Source: Hydrolagus colliei (Eukaryota). Taken from it: a stretch of DNA of 64,000 bases. Below, one piece after another: positions 39,531 through 52,212 of the stretch. The notes under the pieces are model-generated. The model was not told the origin of the DNA and made no database searches. It saw only the letters and a list, made by a program, of their open reading frames with translations. A program made the position numbers and the translations under genes. Positions within the stretch are counted from its first letter, which is position 1. Every line of letters begins with the position of its first letter. The stretch covers positions 65,224,001 through 65,288,000 of the forward strand of contig CM068745.1 in assembly GCA_035084275.1 (NCBI GenBank), given 5' to 3'.

Positions 39531-40087
39531 ATGGTGTGAACCCAGTTGAGGAGAGATGGAGCTGATATGTCAAAAGGAGACAACCCGTTGAATTTAATTT
39601 TCTTCCTCAAAGTGCTGATGCTAGCACTGCCCTTGATGAATGTTGAATAATGAATGAGTAGAATTCACTGAAGGTTAATAGAGAAATAATCTGCAGTTGA
39701 TTATTTGGAAATTCTACTCAGTAATACATTATAATTGGACTTGGTACTGATTTACAGTGTTATATGTCACTGTAGATTTTCAACTTTTGAATGGTAAGTG
39801 ATGTAGCATTTCATGGCAATAAAGATGCATTAACCCGAAGTAAGCAGTACATAGAGGGGTATTCATCTGAAAGGTAGGATTGGCTATGTTGATGGCTACA
39901 CTCATAAATTTTAAAGGAAATGTATTTGTTTCAGGCATCTTCTCAGTAATAGCTCATCTCTGGTAGAAACAGTGAGACAGCAACCTGAGCAGTCACATAT
40001 GTGGGGAGAAATTGCACAGGTGTTTAGATTTACTCTATTGATGTGGCATTTCAGACCGACCAGATGTTATCAAATTATTGAATACAC

Positions 40088-40393
40088 TGGAGTCCTGTAG
40101 CTCAGTGGTTGGAGCACTTGCCTTTACAAGCGAGAGACCTGGGTTCAATTCCAGGCAGGGAAAAACCTTGGTTTCCTTACTAAACATGTCTAATAATAAT
40201 CCCTCAAAAATAACAATAATAATTTGGTCATACAATCCATGACTGTTTGTGGGACACTGCTGTGTGCAATTGGCTACTATATGTTGTCAACATATATACA
40301 GTCAATTCACTTTACAGTATATTCTTTGAAGCACTTTGAGACATCTTAAAGACGTGAAAAGTGCTATATCAAATGCAAGGATTATTAGTATTA
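40088..40393 (+). mobile_element. Full-length tRNA-derived SINE
   Basis: tggagtcctgtagctcagtggttggagcac...ggttcaattcc...tail. Confidence 0.93.
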
Positions 40394-40394
40394 T

Positions 40395-40685
40395 AAAGTT
40401 GACTTTCCTGCTTTTCTTCCCCCTGCCTCGAACCCTCCCCTTTTGCTTCTTTACCCCCTTTTGCCCCTAGTCCCACTTCCGTGACTGATTGTGGGACACT
40501 GCTGTGCGCAATTTGGCTGCCACGTTTCGCCCACTAATATACAGTTACTTTTCCTACTATTCTTCATCCTGCCCTGATCCTTCCCACCCTACTCTTGTCC
40601 TACCTAACTGTACAGCGCCTTGGGACGTCCTCTCGACGTGAAAGGCGCTATATAAATGTAAGGTTTGTTTGTTTGTTATTGTTAT
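40395..40685 (+). mobile_element. L2-type 3' end containing a SINE body segment
   Basis: Pyrimidine tract, SINE-like segment 40480-40548, pyrimidine tract, perfect L2 stem-loop 40614-40649, (GTTT)n. Confidence 0.7.
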
Positions 40686-41220
40686 TACACTCTTTAATGT
40701 TGATGCATTGAATATTCTTAAAAGTAAAAACCAAATTTAACAATTTGCTAAATTCTTCATACATTTACATGTTCTGTTAACAGAGTAAATCTAGACCCAG
40801 ATGGAATTTATAAGTGAAACAGGAAATATGTCCTCTCTACTATTAATTTATATTTTCCTGTTAGTTGATAAAGCTGGCTCATGGCTCTATGTGAATTGGC
40901 TGCTTCATTCAACTTCATATTCACACTCACTAAACTTAAGACTAAATGCTGTGAAGCACTTTCAGACATTTTGATAATGTGACAAAGTGCCATATCAGAT
41001 GGAAGGATTATTATTATTATAATTCAATGTTGAAATATTTCTCAGAAGTAAAATTTATTTTCTGTTGCTAAAGTGTGCAGTTTTAATGAATTCATTTCCC
41101 TTTATCTGAGATAGCTGAATTTCAAAAGTTATGGAAGTTAAATATCCTTCAACCTTTTTTTTTTCCAAATGTGTGAATATCAGTTGCATTTATATTTGGG
41201 GACTAAACATCTGTAGCTCA

Positions 41221-41551
41221 ACAACAACAACTTTGATTTATATAGTACCCTTCACGCCAGACGGCATCTCAGTGGTTAGAGCACTTATCTTACAAGCGTG
41301 AGACCTGTGTTCAAATCCAGGCAGTTCAGAGCATGGGCAAGTTTCCTTACTTCACATGCCTAATAAGAATTCTTCCAAAAAAAAATTGGTCATTGCAATC
41401 CATGACTGTTTGTGGGATACTGCTGTGCAACTGGCTGCTGCATTTCACCCACAAAATATAGTCAATTCACTTTACAGTTTATTTTGTGAAGCACTTTGAG
41501 ATGTGTAGAAGATGTGAAAAGTGCTATATCAAATGCAAGGATTATTATTAT
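41221..41551. mobile_element. L2 tail (minus, 41221-41272) fused to SINE (plus, 41268-41551)
   Basis: Junction shares ctcag. Confidence 0.8.
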
Positions 41552-43259
41552 CTCAATAGAATGCATGTTAGAAATAGATAATGATTTATAGAAATGGCAA
41601 AAATAGAGAATTGAAGGCTTTATTCTGAAGTGTATTACAAGGTCACAATGATTCCAAGTTATGGCATCAAACATAACACATGCGTGGATTTGTGACGCTT
41701 CCCCCAAACCGTTGACAATTGCTTTCTTAGAGAACTTGTGCATATATTTCTCACAATCCATGTTTGTTTGCATTCTCATTGCAGTGGTGCTTGTAGCAAG
41801 CTAATTCCCACGCTATGTTATCATTGTTATCAAATGTTTCCAAACAGTAACATATCAATTGAAACACAAAAGAGGGAAACCTGATGAGCTGGCATATTCT
41901 TCCAACTTTGCAAGTGTACAGCCACATCCATGAAAATCACAGGACCTGTCGCATAGTAACAAAGCTATTTAAAGGGCATTGTCCTCTGGAGAAATAAACA
42001 AAAGCGCTGACTTGCCCTTGCTCAAACACATGATGAAAAAGGTTAAGACAGAATCAGGTGTACCCCAAGGCTGTTTGAAGCTGTTACAGCTTTAACTGTT
42101 GAAGAACATTTTTAATTAAAATTGCACAATTCAACCATGATTCAAATTTATGCTGATTCCAGTAAAACTGAGCTTCTTTAACTAAAACAAAGTAAAACTC
42201 CAGATTATTTTTCACATTATACCCTTTATGTCTCTGTAGATCTGACAATCCATTTTGTTTTGCTCTTTTCAAAGGAATTTGCCACAAACTGCTTTGAAAG
42301 CCCTGGTGATGATCTCGAAGTAAAATGTGCAGGAGCCTGAGACCACTTTGAAGAACTTTTTTCCAGTTTCACTTCTTTTCATTTTAACACGTATGAGGTC
42401 TAGCAAGCGGAAATCATATTAAGATTAGTAAAGTATTCAGAAACATTTCATCCTGATGGTAACTGGATGTGGGGCACTGCAATCCAGGGAAACTCTGAAA
42501 TCTCAATCTCACAAAAACCCAATCCCAAAGGTGTGCCCATTCGGTTGAGTTAATAACTTCTGGTTTGTGAATGAAACTGTGGGATTTGCTACAAAATTCT
42601 CTAAAAATGTGACCTTTGATTGTGAAGGAATCTACCATCAAAGGTGAATGTCTAGGTTTTCCTCCTATTCACTGGAGTTAAATATGCAGTAATATCTAAC
42701 AGGATTCTCTCACGAGGCTGCTGAAAGTATTTCCTAATGATTTATGGGAATGCCACTTCAGCATAATCTACTTCTGGAGCAGATTTCCTGTGAGTTGGCA
42801 TGATGCACATACCTTGTAGATTCTACTCATAATGTTTGTTAAGGAATTACAGTTTTAAAGTGCCACGTATTAAATCCTATTTAATAATGATTACACGTAT
42901 TTTTAGACAGGTGTACAATATTTCCATTTATCACTTTTGAATTTATTTTTTCAGAGAGCTTCTGGGACCTGTGCTTGGCTCTGCTCCTTTGCATTGCTGG
43001 GCTGCTGTTGCCACTGGCATAATCATTACATCTCAGCCCTAAAGCAACCAGGCAAAATATTTTGCCCAATACATTATCAGATTTAGTCATAGATTCCATT
43101 ATCAGGTTTAGTCATAAATTCTATTATAAACACATGTTAAATTTAATTTGCCAGTTTGACGAATTTCACCCCCAATAATTGAGTCTAAAACACAGCAATG
43201 GAGGCACTTCGACAAAACGAAATACAAAAGAGATAAGGGTAAAATATTGCATTTTGGTC

Positions 43260-43680
43260 TGAGGCTGTGCAGCCCATGGAAGAAAGTGGCCTGACATAAA
43301 CTACGGAAGAGAGCAGACAGGGCGGGGCGAGAGATAGGGTCGAAGGAATGTCGTGGGGGGGTGGGAGGGAGGTGGATCCTGGTGGGGAGATAGTGGGAGT
43401 TAGTAGAGGATGGGGTAGAGGTGGCTGAACGGATCACCTTGATTTTTGATTCGAGGAAGTCCAGCATCTCCTCACAGTTGGAGTTGGAGGATGGCATGCG
43501 GGAGGCGTGGGGGTGGGTGGGTGGGTGGAGGAGGCATTTAGTGGTGGAGGAAAGGAATCTGGGATTGTCATTTGCTCTAAGATTAATTTGGAATAATAGG
43601 AGGACTTGGCGGAGGCAAGGGTGGAACAGTAGGACTTGGTGTGATCTAATCAAATTTGTCAGTGGACTATTGAGGACCAA
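43260..43680 (-). mobile_element. L2 ORF2 middle fragment
   Basis: Minus-strand NPRFL.ST..LL.PP...CEE..DF..SKI..IRS pattern. Confidence 0.7.
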
Positions 43681-44042
43681 GGAATAAACATTTTAAAATG
43701 GTTATATAATGATGTAGCATTTGATATACCTGTATTGAATTATCACATTGTTGTGACAAGTCAAAGTGCTTTGCAAGGATATGCTGTAAACCGATGTGCC
43801 TATGTGTATCTTGTGGGAGAATTGGGCACTGTTAGTCCTGTGGGTCCAATGATAATAACTCTCTTCTAAAATGTCTGCTATTATAATCCATCTAAATAGC
43901 TTTCACATTCACAGCATTGCTGAAATACCTTAGTGTTCGCTTTGATGTGTATTCAACCCAGAGACCATCAGCAAAATCTGACAGTTTGGGGAGTAACCAT
44001 TGCACAAACACACTTTGCTCAAAACTTGCCAAACATCCTTTA

Positions 44043-44570
44043 TCATAGAATGATTAGAATTATACAGCACAGAAGAAGCCCATTTGGCCCATTGGAGTCC
44101 TGTAGCTCAGTGGTTAGAGCACTCGCCTCACAAGCGTGAGACCTATGTTTGAATCCAGGCAGGTTAGGGTGAAACCTTGGGCACATTTCCTTACTCCACA
44201 CGCCTAATAATAATGCACCCAAAAAAAAACAATAACAAAATTGGTCATTTCAATCTATGACTGTTTGTGGGACACTGCTGTGCGCAATTGGCTGCCGCAT
44301 TTCGCCTACAAATATACAAATATACTATACTATATAGTATATTCTGTAAAGAGCTTTGAGATGTCTAGAAGACGTGAAAAGCGGTATATTAAATTCAAGG
44401 ATTATCATACTTTATACCAGCTCTTGAAAGAATCATTCACATTAATGCCACTCCCACACACTCTCTCCCCCATAGCTTTGCAAATTCATCCTTCCCAAAT
44501 CTCTACCCACTTCTCTCTTGAAAATTGTTTTCGAATCTGCATCCACCACACTTTCAAGCAATGCATTCCT
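44043..44570 (-). mobile_element. CR1 3' end interrupted by SINE
   Basis: Matches 35860-36050 on both sides of the SINE. Confidence 0.75.
44093..44408 (+). mobile_element. Full-length tRNA-derived SINE
   Basis: Complete head, body and tail. Confidence 0.93.
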
Positions 44571-45579
44571 TTAAGACAAACTTACTCTCACTTCAGTAAA
44601 GACTATTTGATTTTCTGGATAACTCAACAAACATACAAATGACTCATTTGTGGAGTTGTTTATTACTTTTATCTGAGGGCGTCAGGCAAATCATTGAACA
44701 ATCCAAAAGCTGCACAGAGAAGGTGGTACAGAAATTTCTGTTACTGAACAGTAAATATATTACTTTTTGAGGTATTCACTGTGCTTTGCTTCATTCAACA
44801 AGTAAACTTGACTACACATTCACCAGTTCACCTCTGGCAGTTACCAGTGGGCTTGTTCCTTTTCGACCACTTTCTCAATGTACTCAAGCATATGTGCAAA
44901 TCAAATGCTCATTGAACTCTTCATAATGAACCGCAATTGGAAAAGTCTGGACACCTGCCAGCAAAATGCAATGCATTTGCATCATAAAGACCTTATCATG
45001 GAGCTCCCAGCTGATCCGCCTATTCCAATATTTTTGTGCTGTCCGGTCTCATCCTGTCCTTTTGTACTTTCCTATACACTGTACACATATTGTATGTCTA
45101 AATGTACCAGAAACAAGACACAGAACCAGGGAACAAGTCTAAAAAGCGTATTATTGTGTTTTTATTTACAGGGAGGAAAAGTGGGAGTTTTTCTCAATTA
45201 TCCTGGATTATATTCTCTCCCAATGTAAATTTCAAATTGATTGGCATTTCATTGGTCCAAAACACTGATTGTCCAGGGCCTTGGGATGTCCTCCCGATGT
45301 GAAAGGCATTATACAAATGTAATTTTGTTTGTTTCGTTGTTGTCATCTCATTGTTTGCAGGAAATTGGTGATGCAAAGTATCTTGAATCTTTTCCTGCAT
45401 AATATTCTTTTAATTTCATCCTATGAAATGTTCAGTTTACTTGAAAGATGCTATGAAGAGTAAACTGTTGTGGTGTCAGTAAAAGACAAGTTGTGGAACA
45501 AAGACATAATTCTATGTCACATATTTGTTCTTATTGATTTTTCCCCCGTGGCTTTTGGCTTCACTCTTCATTTTATTCA

Positions 45580-45933
45580 AGTATCAGCCTGGCTCAGTTA
45601 GTAGCAATCTCACTTCTGAGTCAGAAGGTTGTGGGTTCAAGTCTGTGAACTCATAATCTAGGCTGACACACCAGTGTAGTGCTGGGGTATGCTATTAGAG
45701 GTGCTGTCCTTTGGATGAGATATTAAACTAAGATTCCATCGGGCATGTTTTGGTAGATCCTAAATGGTAATGATAAAGAGAAGAGAGTTTCTTCCAGTGT
45801 CCTGGCCAGCAATTTCCATATAAATTGATCGTTTACTTCTAGACTGTTTGTGGGACATTGCTTTTCACAAGTTGGCTGCTGCATTCATCTGACTCAGAAG
45901 TGAGATTGCTACCAACTGAGCCAGGCTGATACT
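45580..45933 (+). mobile_element. DeuSINE bracketed by a 46-bp inverted duplication of its own 5' end
   Basis: Deu motifs 45660-45740; arms 45580-45625 and 45888-45933, one mismatch. Confidence 0.85.
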
Positions 45934-45939
45934 GGAATG

Positions 45940-46585
45940 CAACAACTGCAAAATTACATTTGTAAAGCACCTTTCACATCAGGAGGATGTCCCAAGACAC
46001 CGGACAGTTGGTAGTTCAGGCCTGAACTTGTGGTTGGGATCAGGGAGAATGGAGCCCAGAGGGGATAGGGAGGGTGACTGAAGGCATGGTCAAAAAGGAA
46101 GATCTTGAGACAGGTCTTGAAAGAAGCAAGGGAAGAGGTGAGATAGAGGGACTGAAAGATGGAGTTCCAGAGGGTGAGAACAGAGCGACAGAAGCCATGC
46201 CAGCCAATGGTGGGATGGGCGAGGTGGGGGATGTGAAGCAGGCCTGAGCCCACTGAGCAGAGGGAGCGAACAGGTTGGTTGGGGGTTAGAAGGTTGCAGA
46301 GGTAGTGGAGAGCCAGGCCATGGAGGGCTTTGAGGTGAGGGATCTTGAACTATATTTCCTGTATGATGGGAAGTCAGTGGAGCCAGGTAAGGAAGGGGGT
46401 GATAGGGTCACGGAACCTGGTACAGGAGAAGACATGAGCTGTAGAGTTAGATGATCTGCAGCCTATGGAGAGAGGAGTTGTGGAGGGCGACAAGCCTGGA
46501 TGTTATGAATGCATGTATGAGGGTCTCAGTGGGCTGCAGTGTAAGACAGTTGCAGAGCTGGGTGATGTTACAGAAGTAAGGGAAA
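45940..46585 (-). mobile_element. L2 LINE 3' fragment
   Basis: ETLIHAFITSRL and LHRLQII motifs plus tail. Confidence 0.88.
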
Positions 46586-46792
46586 GCAGTGTAAAGGGAG
46601 GTGGGGGAAGGAATAAAATGAAGAGTGGAGCCAAGTTCCACAGGGGAGGCCACATGCATGTGCATATCTCTCTGGGTGCATCATCACTCTTTCAAAGATT
46701 TTTGCCAATTTTTCACAGCCATAGATATTTTGTTCTCACTTTTCAATATTTTATCTACTTCCTTTAAAATCTTTCCTGTATTTCATTCTGCT

Positions 46793-46955
46793 ACAACAAC
46801 AACAGCAACAACAAATTCTGCTTACGTATATAGTGTCTTTCTTGATGGAAGGACATCCTAAGTGTTGGCCAGTCGAGAGTTTGCATTATAACAACAACAA
46901 CTTGCATTTCTATAGCGCACTCCACGCCGGAGCGGTGTCTCAGAGTGCTTCATGC
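46793..46955 (-). mobile_element. Two tandem L2 tail-only fragments of different subfamilies
   Basis: Two (CAA)n tracts each followed by a reverse stem-loop. Confidence 0.7.
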
Positions 46956-47949
46956 ATTTGCACAGTGCAAACAAGAGACCTAACAAGAGACTTAATTAAT
47001 AAGTAGCAATTGTAGAGAACATTCAAGGCCTGTAAGAAGGTTCGATGAATCAAATTCTTCCATAATTTAAATAATTCAGACAATTAATAAAGTTCAACAA
47101 TGCTGTTATATGGTCGAAGGAAAATTGTGACAAAATGCATAGAACCTGAAAATCCAATATTTTTCCTATCTTTCTCATGCACAAATATAACTAGCAAGAG
47201 GAAAATTATCCCCTATATATCAAACTGAGACATTAGTTTTCCTTTCCAACCACCTCTCAAGAAATTCAAATTTCCACCATTGAACATAATGATAGGATTT
47301 ATTGTTTTTGGAGCTGAATAGAAAATAACATTTATTAGGCTGTAGAATGGGCTTCATGCTTAAATGTGGATTGATATTTGCTTGGCATTACCATCTCATG
47401 CAAAGCAGTTCCAAAACAATGAGCTGTTTAGGAATAATTTATCCATACCTGAGGGACAGGGCACTAATGTGATTGGCAGGATCAACTCTCACCACTCTGA
47501 TTGCAAGCATTTTTTTTATTGGAGGAGATAAATAACTATAAATAATCTTTGCATTTGATACAGCACCTTATCGTGACTTTGAGATGTCTCAATGAGCTTC
47601 ACAGGATATTGACTGTGTATTTTGTGGCCGAAAAACGCAGGCAGCCAATTGTGAATTATTTATTTTGGCAGCTGTTAAAATGCTGGTCTAAAACCAGCAT
47701 TTACAAATTAAAAGCAGTGATAAACCCTAAATTGTCCAACAAAAGTTTGAATGTAAACCGGCCTTTGGTGATATTTGGGATTCCAATTTATTTTCACATA
47801 TTTTATTCCCCAATTTCATTACAAAACCAAAACTCACAATTAGTGCTGCCACTTCTAGTTTAGAAATGTGTTTTATGGCTCACTGCACAAAAAGTGGAGT
47901 TGAAGGTTGGTGCAATGAGGAGAATTAAGCAGAAATATTCTCATTGACT

Positions 47950-48765
47950 GTTGCCAGAGAGACTTGTATATTCAGATCATAATTGGCTTGACTTTATTGA
48001 GAACCTCGAAGGTACACTAATCGTAATAGTAGCAATTGGCTGCTTCTAGGCTTCCTCTGGGAATTATATTCCAATCAGCATGGAAGTCAGGGTAAATTAC
48101 ATGCAGTAGGTACCACAGGCTTTGCTCACCCAAACTTTTTTAGTACAGTATATTTTGAAAATCCAAGCAATAAGATGGTAATGCAACTAAATTGTCGCTA
48201 TTGGTAAGTTTCCAAGAGTACTGGATTCTGCTGACTGCACATTTATAGCGATACAGAAATCCATGCATCTAATGGTTTTGCAGAACTCAGTAGGAAAGGA
48301 TTTATTTCATGAATATCCATGAGAGCTATAATGCCAAAAATGGCAATCACCTGGACTCCATGCATGACGGCTTCATTTCTGCTCAGTCATCTGTAGCCCA
48401 AATGTTTGAGAAAGCAAATGATGGACTGCAAGTGTTGCCTGATGGTGACAGTGACTGAAGCCTCGAGAATATACAACAAAAACAACTTCGATTTATATAG
48501 CGCCCTCCATGCCAGACGGCGTCTCAGAGAGCTTCATATATAGATGATAACTACCCCTAGTTCATCCTCATGGTAATTCTGAACACAGATATAATGAAAC
48601 ACATAAATCTCTTCATGATGCAACTGAATGCATCTTTGGCATGCTTAAGCGAGACTTCCAAAGTCTTGACAGATTAGCAGGTGCATTTTATTGTGCCCCA
48701 GAGATGTCTACAAATGACTTGTGGTATGTTGAGCACTGCATAGTAATTCTCCAAGTATCCTATCC
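47950..48765 (+). mobile_element. PIF/Harbinger transposase relic (catalytic domain)
   Basis: Collinear: AIGKFPRVLDSADCTFIAI (48197), RKGF, SMHDGFI, GD, RYNETH...TECIFGMLKRDFQSLDR.AGAF...VVC*ALH; interrupted by an L2 tail at 48474-48536. Confidence 0.8.
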
Positions 48766-48927
48766 ATTTAGAATATTTACAGGAGTGATTGGATGTGTCA
48801 TCTATGCAGGAAGCACATCAATGCTAGCCTGACAATGGAAATGAACAGAATAAAGTAAAAAGGGAAACATCAAACCCAGTCTTACTCTCTTACAGTCTTG
48901 CTCCCTCTTAAATTTGGTGATGTAAGT

Positions 48928-49019
48928 AAGTCAATAATCAAGCAAGTCAATCAAGCAAGTAAATCAAGCAAGTCAATCAATCAATCAATCAATCGATCGA
49001 TTGATCGATCGATCGATCG
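48928..49019. repeat. Compound tetranucleotide microsatellite (AAGC/AATC to GATC)
   Basis: Direct reading. Confidence 0.9.
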
Positions 49020-49779
49020 TGCTGGTGGTTTACGTTGCTGCAGAACATTGCTTCTTCCTCGCTCACATCCTCCCAACATGAAAGGCACTCTATAAATGTA
49101 ATTTTGTTGTTGTTGCTTCAGCGTCCACTCAATGGGTTAAAATGAACAGAGATACTGAGAAGATCTGAACATTCATTTGATGATACGAGGCAGTGCTACA
49201 ATCTTTGCTTTCACCAGAATGTCCTATTCCTTCTTTCCAACAGGAAATTGTCAAGCTGACCTTTTGAGATTTGTTGTTAAATATTTCAACCACTTTGTTA
49301 AGCGTTGAAGCAAAATAAGCAATTGCTTTAGTAACATGCCAATGTCCTTTTTAATGGGAAAAATTAGAAAAATCCAGAGATTTTAATCTTCTGCAGATAG
49401 ATTAATGGGCCACACTGCTCTTGATTATTTGAACACTGACGTTTTTACTATTGATCTGTAAACTAGAAGCCATCTGGGGGAACAAGGGAAAGGTGCAATG
49501 GGCTTGATACAATACATTTACATCACTCAAAACTGTGCTCAAATTGGTTTTAGTGATGGGATGCAAATCATCCCTATTTGAGAGCTGGAAAGGTTCAAAA
49601 TTTTAGCCTTTAGATTACGTTCCCTTTGCTTCCTTCCCTTTAGCTAGGTAATCATCCATGTTTGAGTCTCATGCTTGACACCATTGATATTAGTTTGCAA
49701 AGGAGGCTCTCTTGTGGTGCTTTATCACACTGCTTAGCACCAAGTTAGCTGAGAGGTGGCAAAGGTGCCTTTGCCACCT

Positions 49780-50342
49780 CTCAGCTGGACCATTCCAATG
49801 CCTTCCTCACTGGTCTCCCCTCCACCATTATTCATAAAATCCAGGTTATTTCAAAATTCCATGGCTCGCATTCTCATCCGAACCAAACTATTACTCCCCG
49901 ATTACCCCAGTCCTTGCCAGAATTCACTGGCTCCCTGTCTCAGAGTTGATCGATTTCAAGATCCTCACTCTTGTTTACAAATCCCTCCACTCCCCTGCAT
50001 CCCCCTACCTCTCTGACCTCCTCTCTCCTCACAACAGTTCCTTTTGCCTTCACCGGGTCTGGCCTCCTCATTGTCCCCCAAATCCTCCGCTCCACCATTG
50101 GTGGCCGTGCCTTCAGCTACTATGCCCCGAGGCTCTGGAACTCCCTTGCTCATTCCCCTTACCTCGCCCTCTCCTTTCCTATTTTCAGGTCCCACCTGAA
50201 GACTTTTCTTTTCGACTACACTTTTGGTCACCTTTATTGCTCTCCCCCTGGCTCGACCCCGAGATCTGTAATTGTGAAGCGCTCTGGGACACCGTCTGGC
50301 GTGGAGGGCACTATATAAATCCCAAGTTGTCATTGTTGTTAC
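49780..50342 (+). mobile_element. L2 LINE 3' end, second subfamily
   Basis: IDFKILTLVYKSLH...YLSDLL and TIGGRAFSYYAPRLWNSL; tail gctctgggacaccgtctggcgtggagggcac. Confidence 0.9.
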
Positions 50343-50831
50343 ATTGCAAATGAGTGGTTATCAAAGGAAAATTGGAGGTTAATGTGCTTGGGGAGGATGG
50401 AGGGTGGGTAGACAGTTTTCCCATTTAAAATTAATTTGCAAGTACGCTCTCCATTTAGCAAGTAACAGGAATTGAAAGCTCAGTTGAAAACTACAAATAA
50501 AGCATTAATTAATAATTGATGTCAGGATCCAATTAAAGACAGGAATGTCTGGAATCTCAGAGGATCAACGGATATTTAATCATGTTAAGAGTGTTCCAAA
50601 CCAATGAATACAGATGTTCTATACAGCTTGTGTTATTGACCACAACATTTTATTAATAGGGTAACAGTTCCATAGATGGGATTTGGATGGACTATCCTTT
50701 TATTGGCTGGAGATGGGAGCATTCAAGCATCTTAGTAACCTAGGTAAGAAAATATTTGAAAGCATACAATAATGAGGTTGCATTATTATTGATATGACCT
50801 ACTAATTTATGTTGTGTTTTGGAAACAAATA

Positions 50832-50975
50832 GGGGTCCTGTCACTCAGTGGTTAGAGCACTTGCCTTGCGAGTGAGAGTCCTGGGATCAATTCCCGGCAT
50901 TGCAAAACCTTGGGTAAGTTCCTTACTACATCTAGAAGACATGAAATGTCAACTGCAAAGATGATTATTATTATT
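50832..50975 (+). mobile_element. SINE, internally deleted
   Basis: Head joined directly to tail remnant. Confidence 0.75.
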
Positions 50976-50992
50976 TTTAGCTATTTGATGCT

Positions 50993-51880
50993 GTGTATGC
51001 GGATGACATCCAACTCTATCTCTCTGCCTCTACCCTTGACTCTAGGACTACTACCGTCTTGACAGGCTGTCTGTCAGACATCAAGTATTGGATGAGAGCT
51101 AACTTTCTACAGTTGAATCTCAACAAGACAGAGGCCCTACTGATTGGCTCACGCCAGCACTTTCATGCATCAGGCACTGGCAGCATCGACCTCCTTGGTT
51201 GCTCACTCGACCTCTCCAAGCCAGTCTGGAACCTAGGTGTCTTGTTCGACCCTCAACTGTCTTTCCTCCTCCACATCCAAGCAATGACTCACTCTGCCTT
51301 TCCCCATCTCCGTAACATTGCCCGAGTCTGCCACTACCTCACCCGCAAAACCTCTGAAACCCTCATCCATGCCTTCATTACATCCCAGCTCGATTATGCA
51401 AATGTCCGGATGATCCAGAACTCTGCAGCCAGTGTCCTTTACCATTCCAAACTCAATGTCCCCATCTCCCCTGTCCTTGCCCAACTCCATTTGCTCCCCA
51501 TCACCCAGAGATCGAATTCAAGATCCTGGTCCTCACATGCAAAGCTCTCCACAACCTCATCCCACCCTACATCTGTGACCTTCTAACCCCTTACCAATCT
51601 GCCCGCCTCTACTCAGCAGACTCTGGCCTGCTCCACTTTAGCCACTCTGCCCCCAACCTCTGGAACAACCCGCAGTCCCTCTGCATTCCCCCCTCCCTGG
51701 CCTCCTTCCAAGTCCCGCCTCAAAACTCTCCTCTTCGATGGCCCATTGGCAACTCGTAATCCCCACCTTCCTTCCCCACCCCGTCCCCAGGTCAGGTCTG
51801 ACACAGTGACTGTCCAGCGCCTTGGGACGTCCTCCTGATGTGAATGGCGCTATACAAGTGACATTTTGTTGTTGCTGTTG
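50993..51880 (+). mobile_element. L2 LINE 3' part
   Basis: ORF begins YADDIQLY; ends with stem-loop and (GTT)n. Confidence 0.92.
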
Positions 51881-51893
51881 TGTGTGTGTCTAT

Positions 51894-52212
51894 GTGGAGC
51901 TGCTATAGCTCAGCTGTTAGAACACTTGCCTTACAAGCGTGAGACTTGTGTTCGAATCCAGGCAGATCAGGCCGAAACCTTGGGCAAGCTTCCTTACTCC
52001 ACATGCCTAATAAGAATCCCTCCAAACAACCACAACAATAAAATTGGTCATTTCAATCCATGACTGTTTGTGGGACACTGCTGTATGCAATTGGCTGCTG
52101 CATTTTGCCCACAAATATAGTCAAGTCACTTCACAGTATATTCTGTGAAATGGTTTGAAATGTTGATAAGATGTGGAAAGCACTATATCAAAATGCAAGG
52201 ACTATTATTATT
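51894..52212 (+). mobile_element. Full-length tRNA-derived SINE
   Basis: Complete head, body and tail. Confidence 0.92.

Noticed and set aside
40088-40160. tRNA genes at the many GTAGCTCAGTGG...GGTTCRATTCC motifs
   Set aside because: Each continues into the SINE body, anticodon region varies between copies, no clean acceptor stem or T-run terminator.
41881-41900. CTGATGAG as another hammerhead core
   Set aside because: No stem II plus GAAA at suitable spacing.
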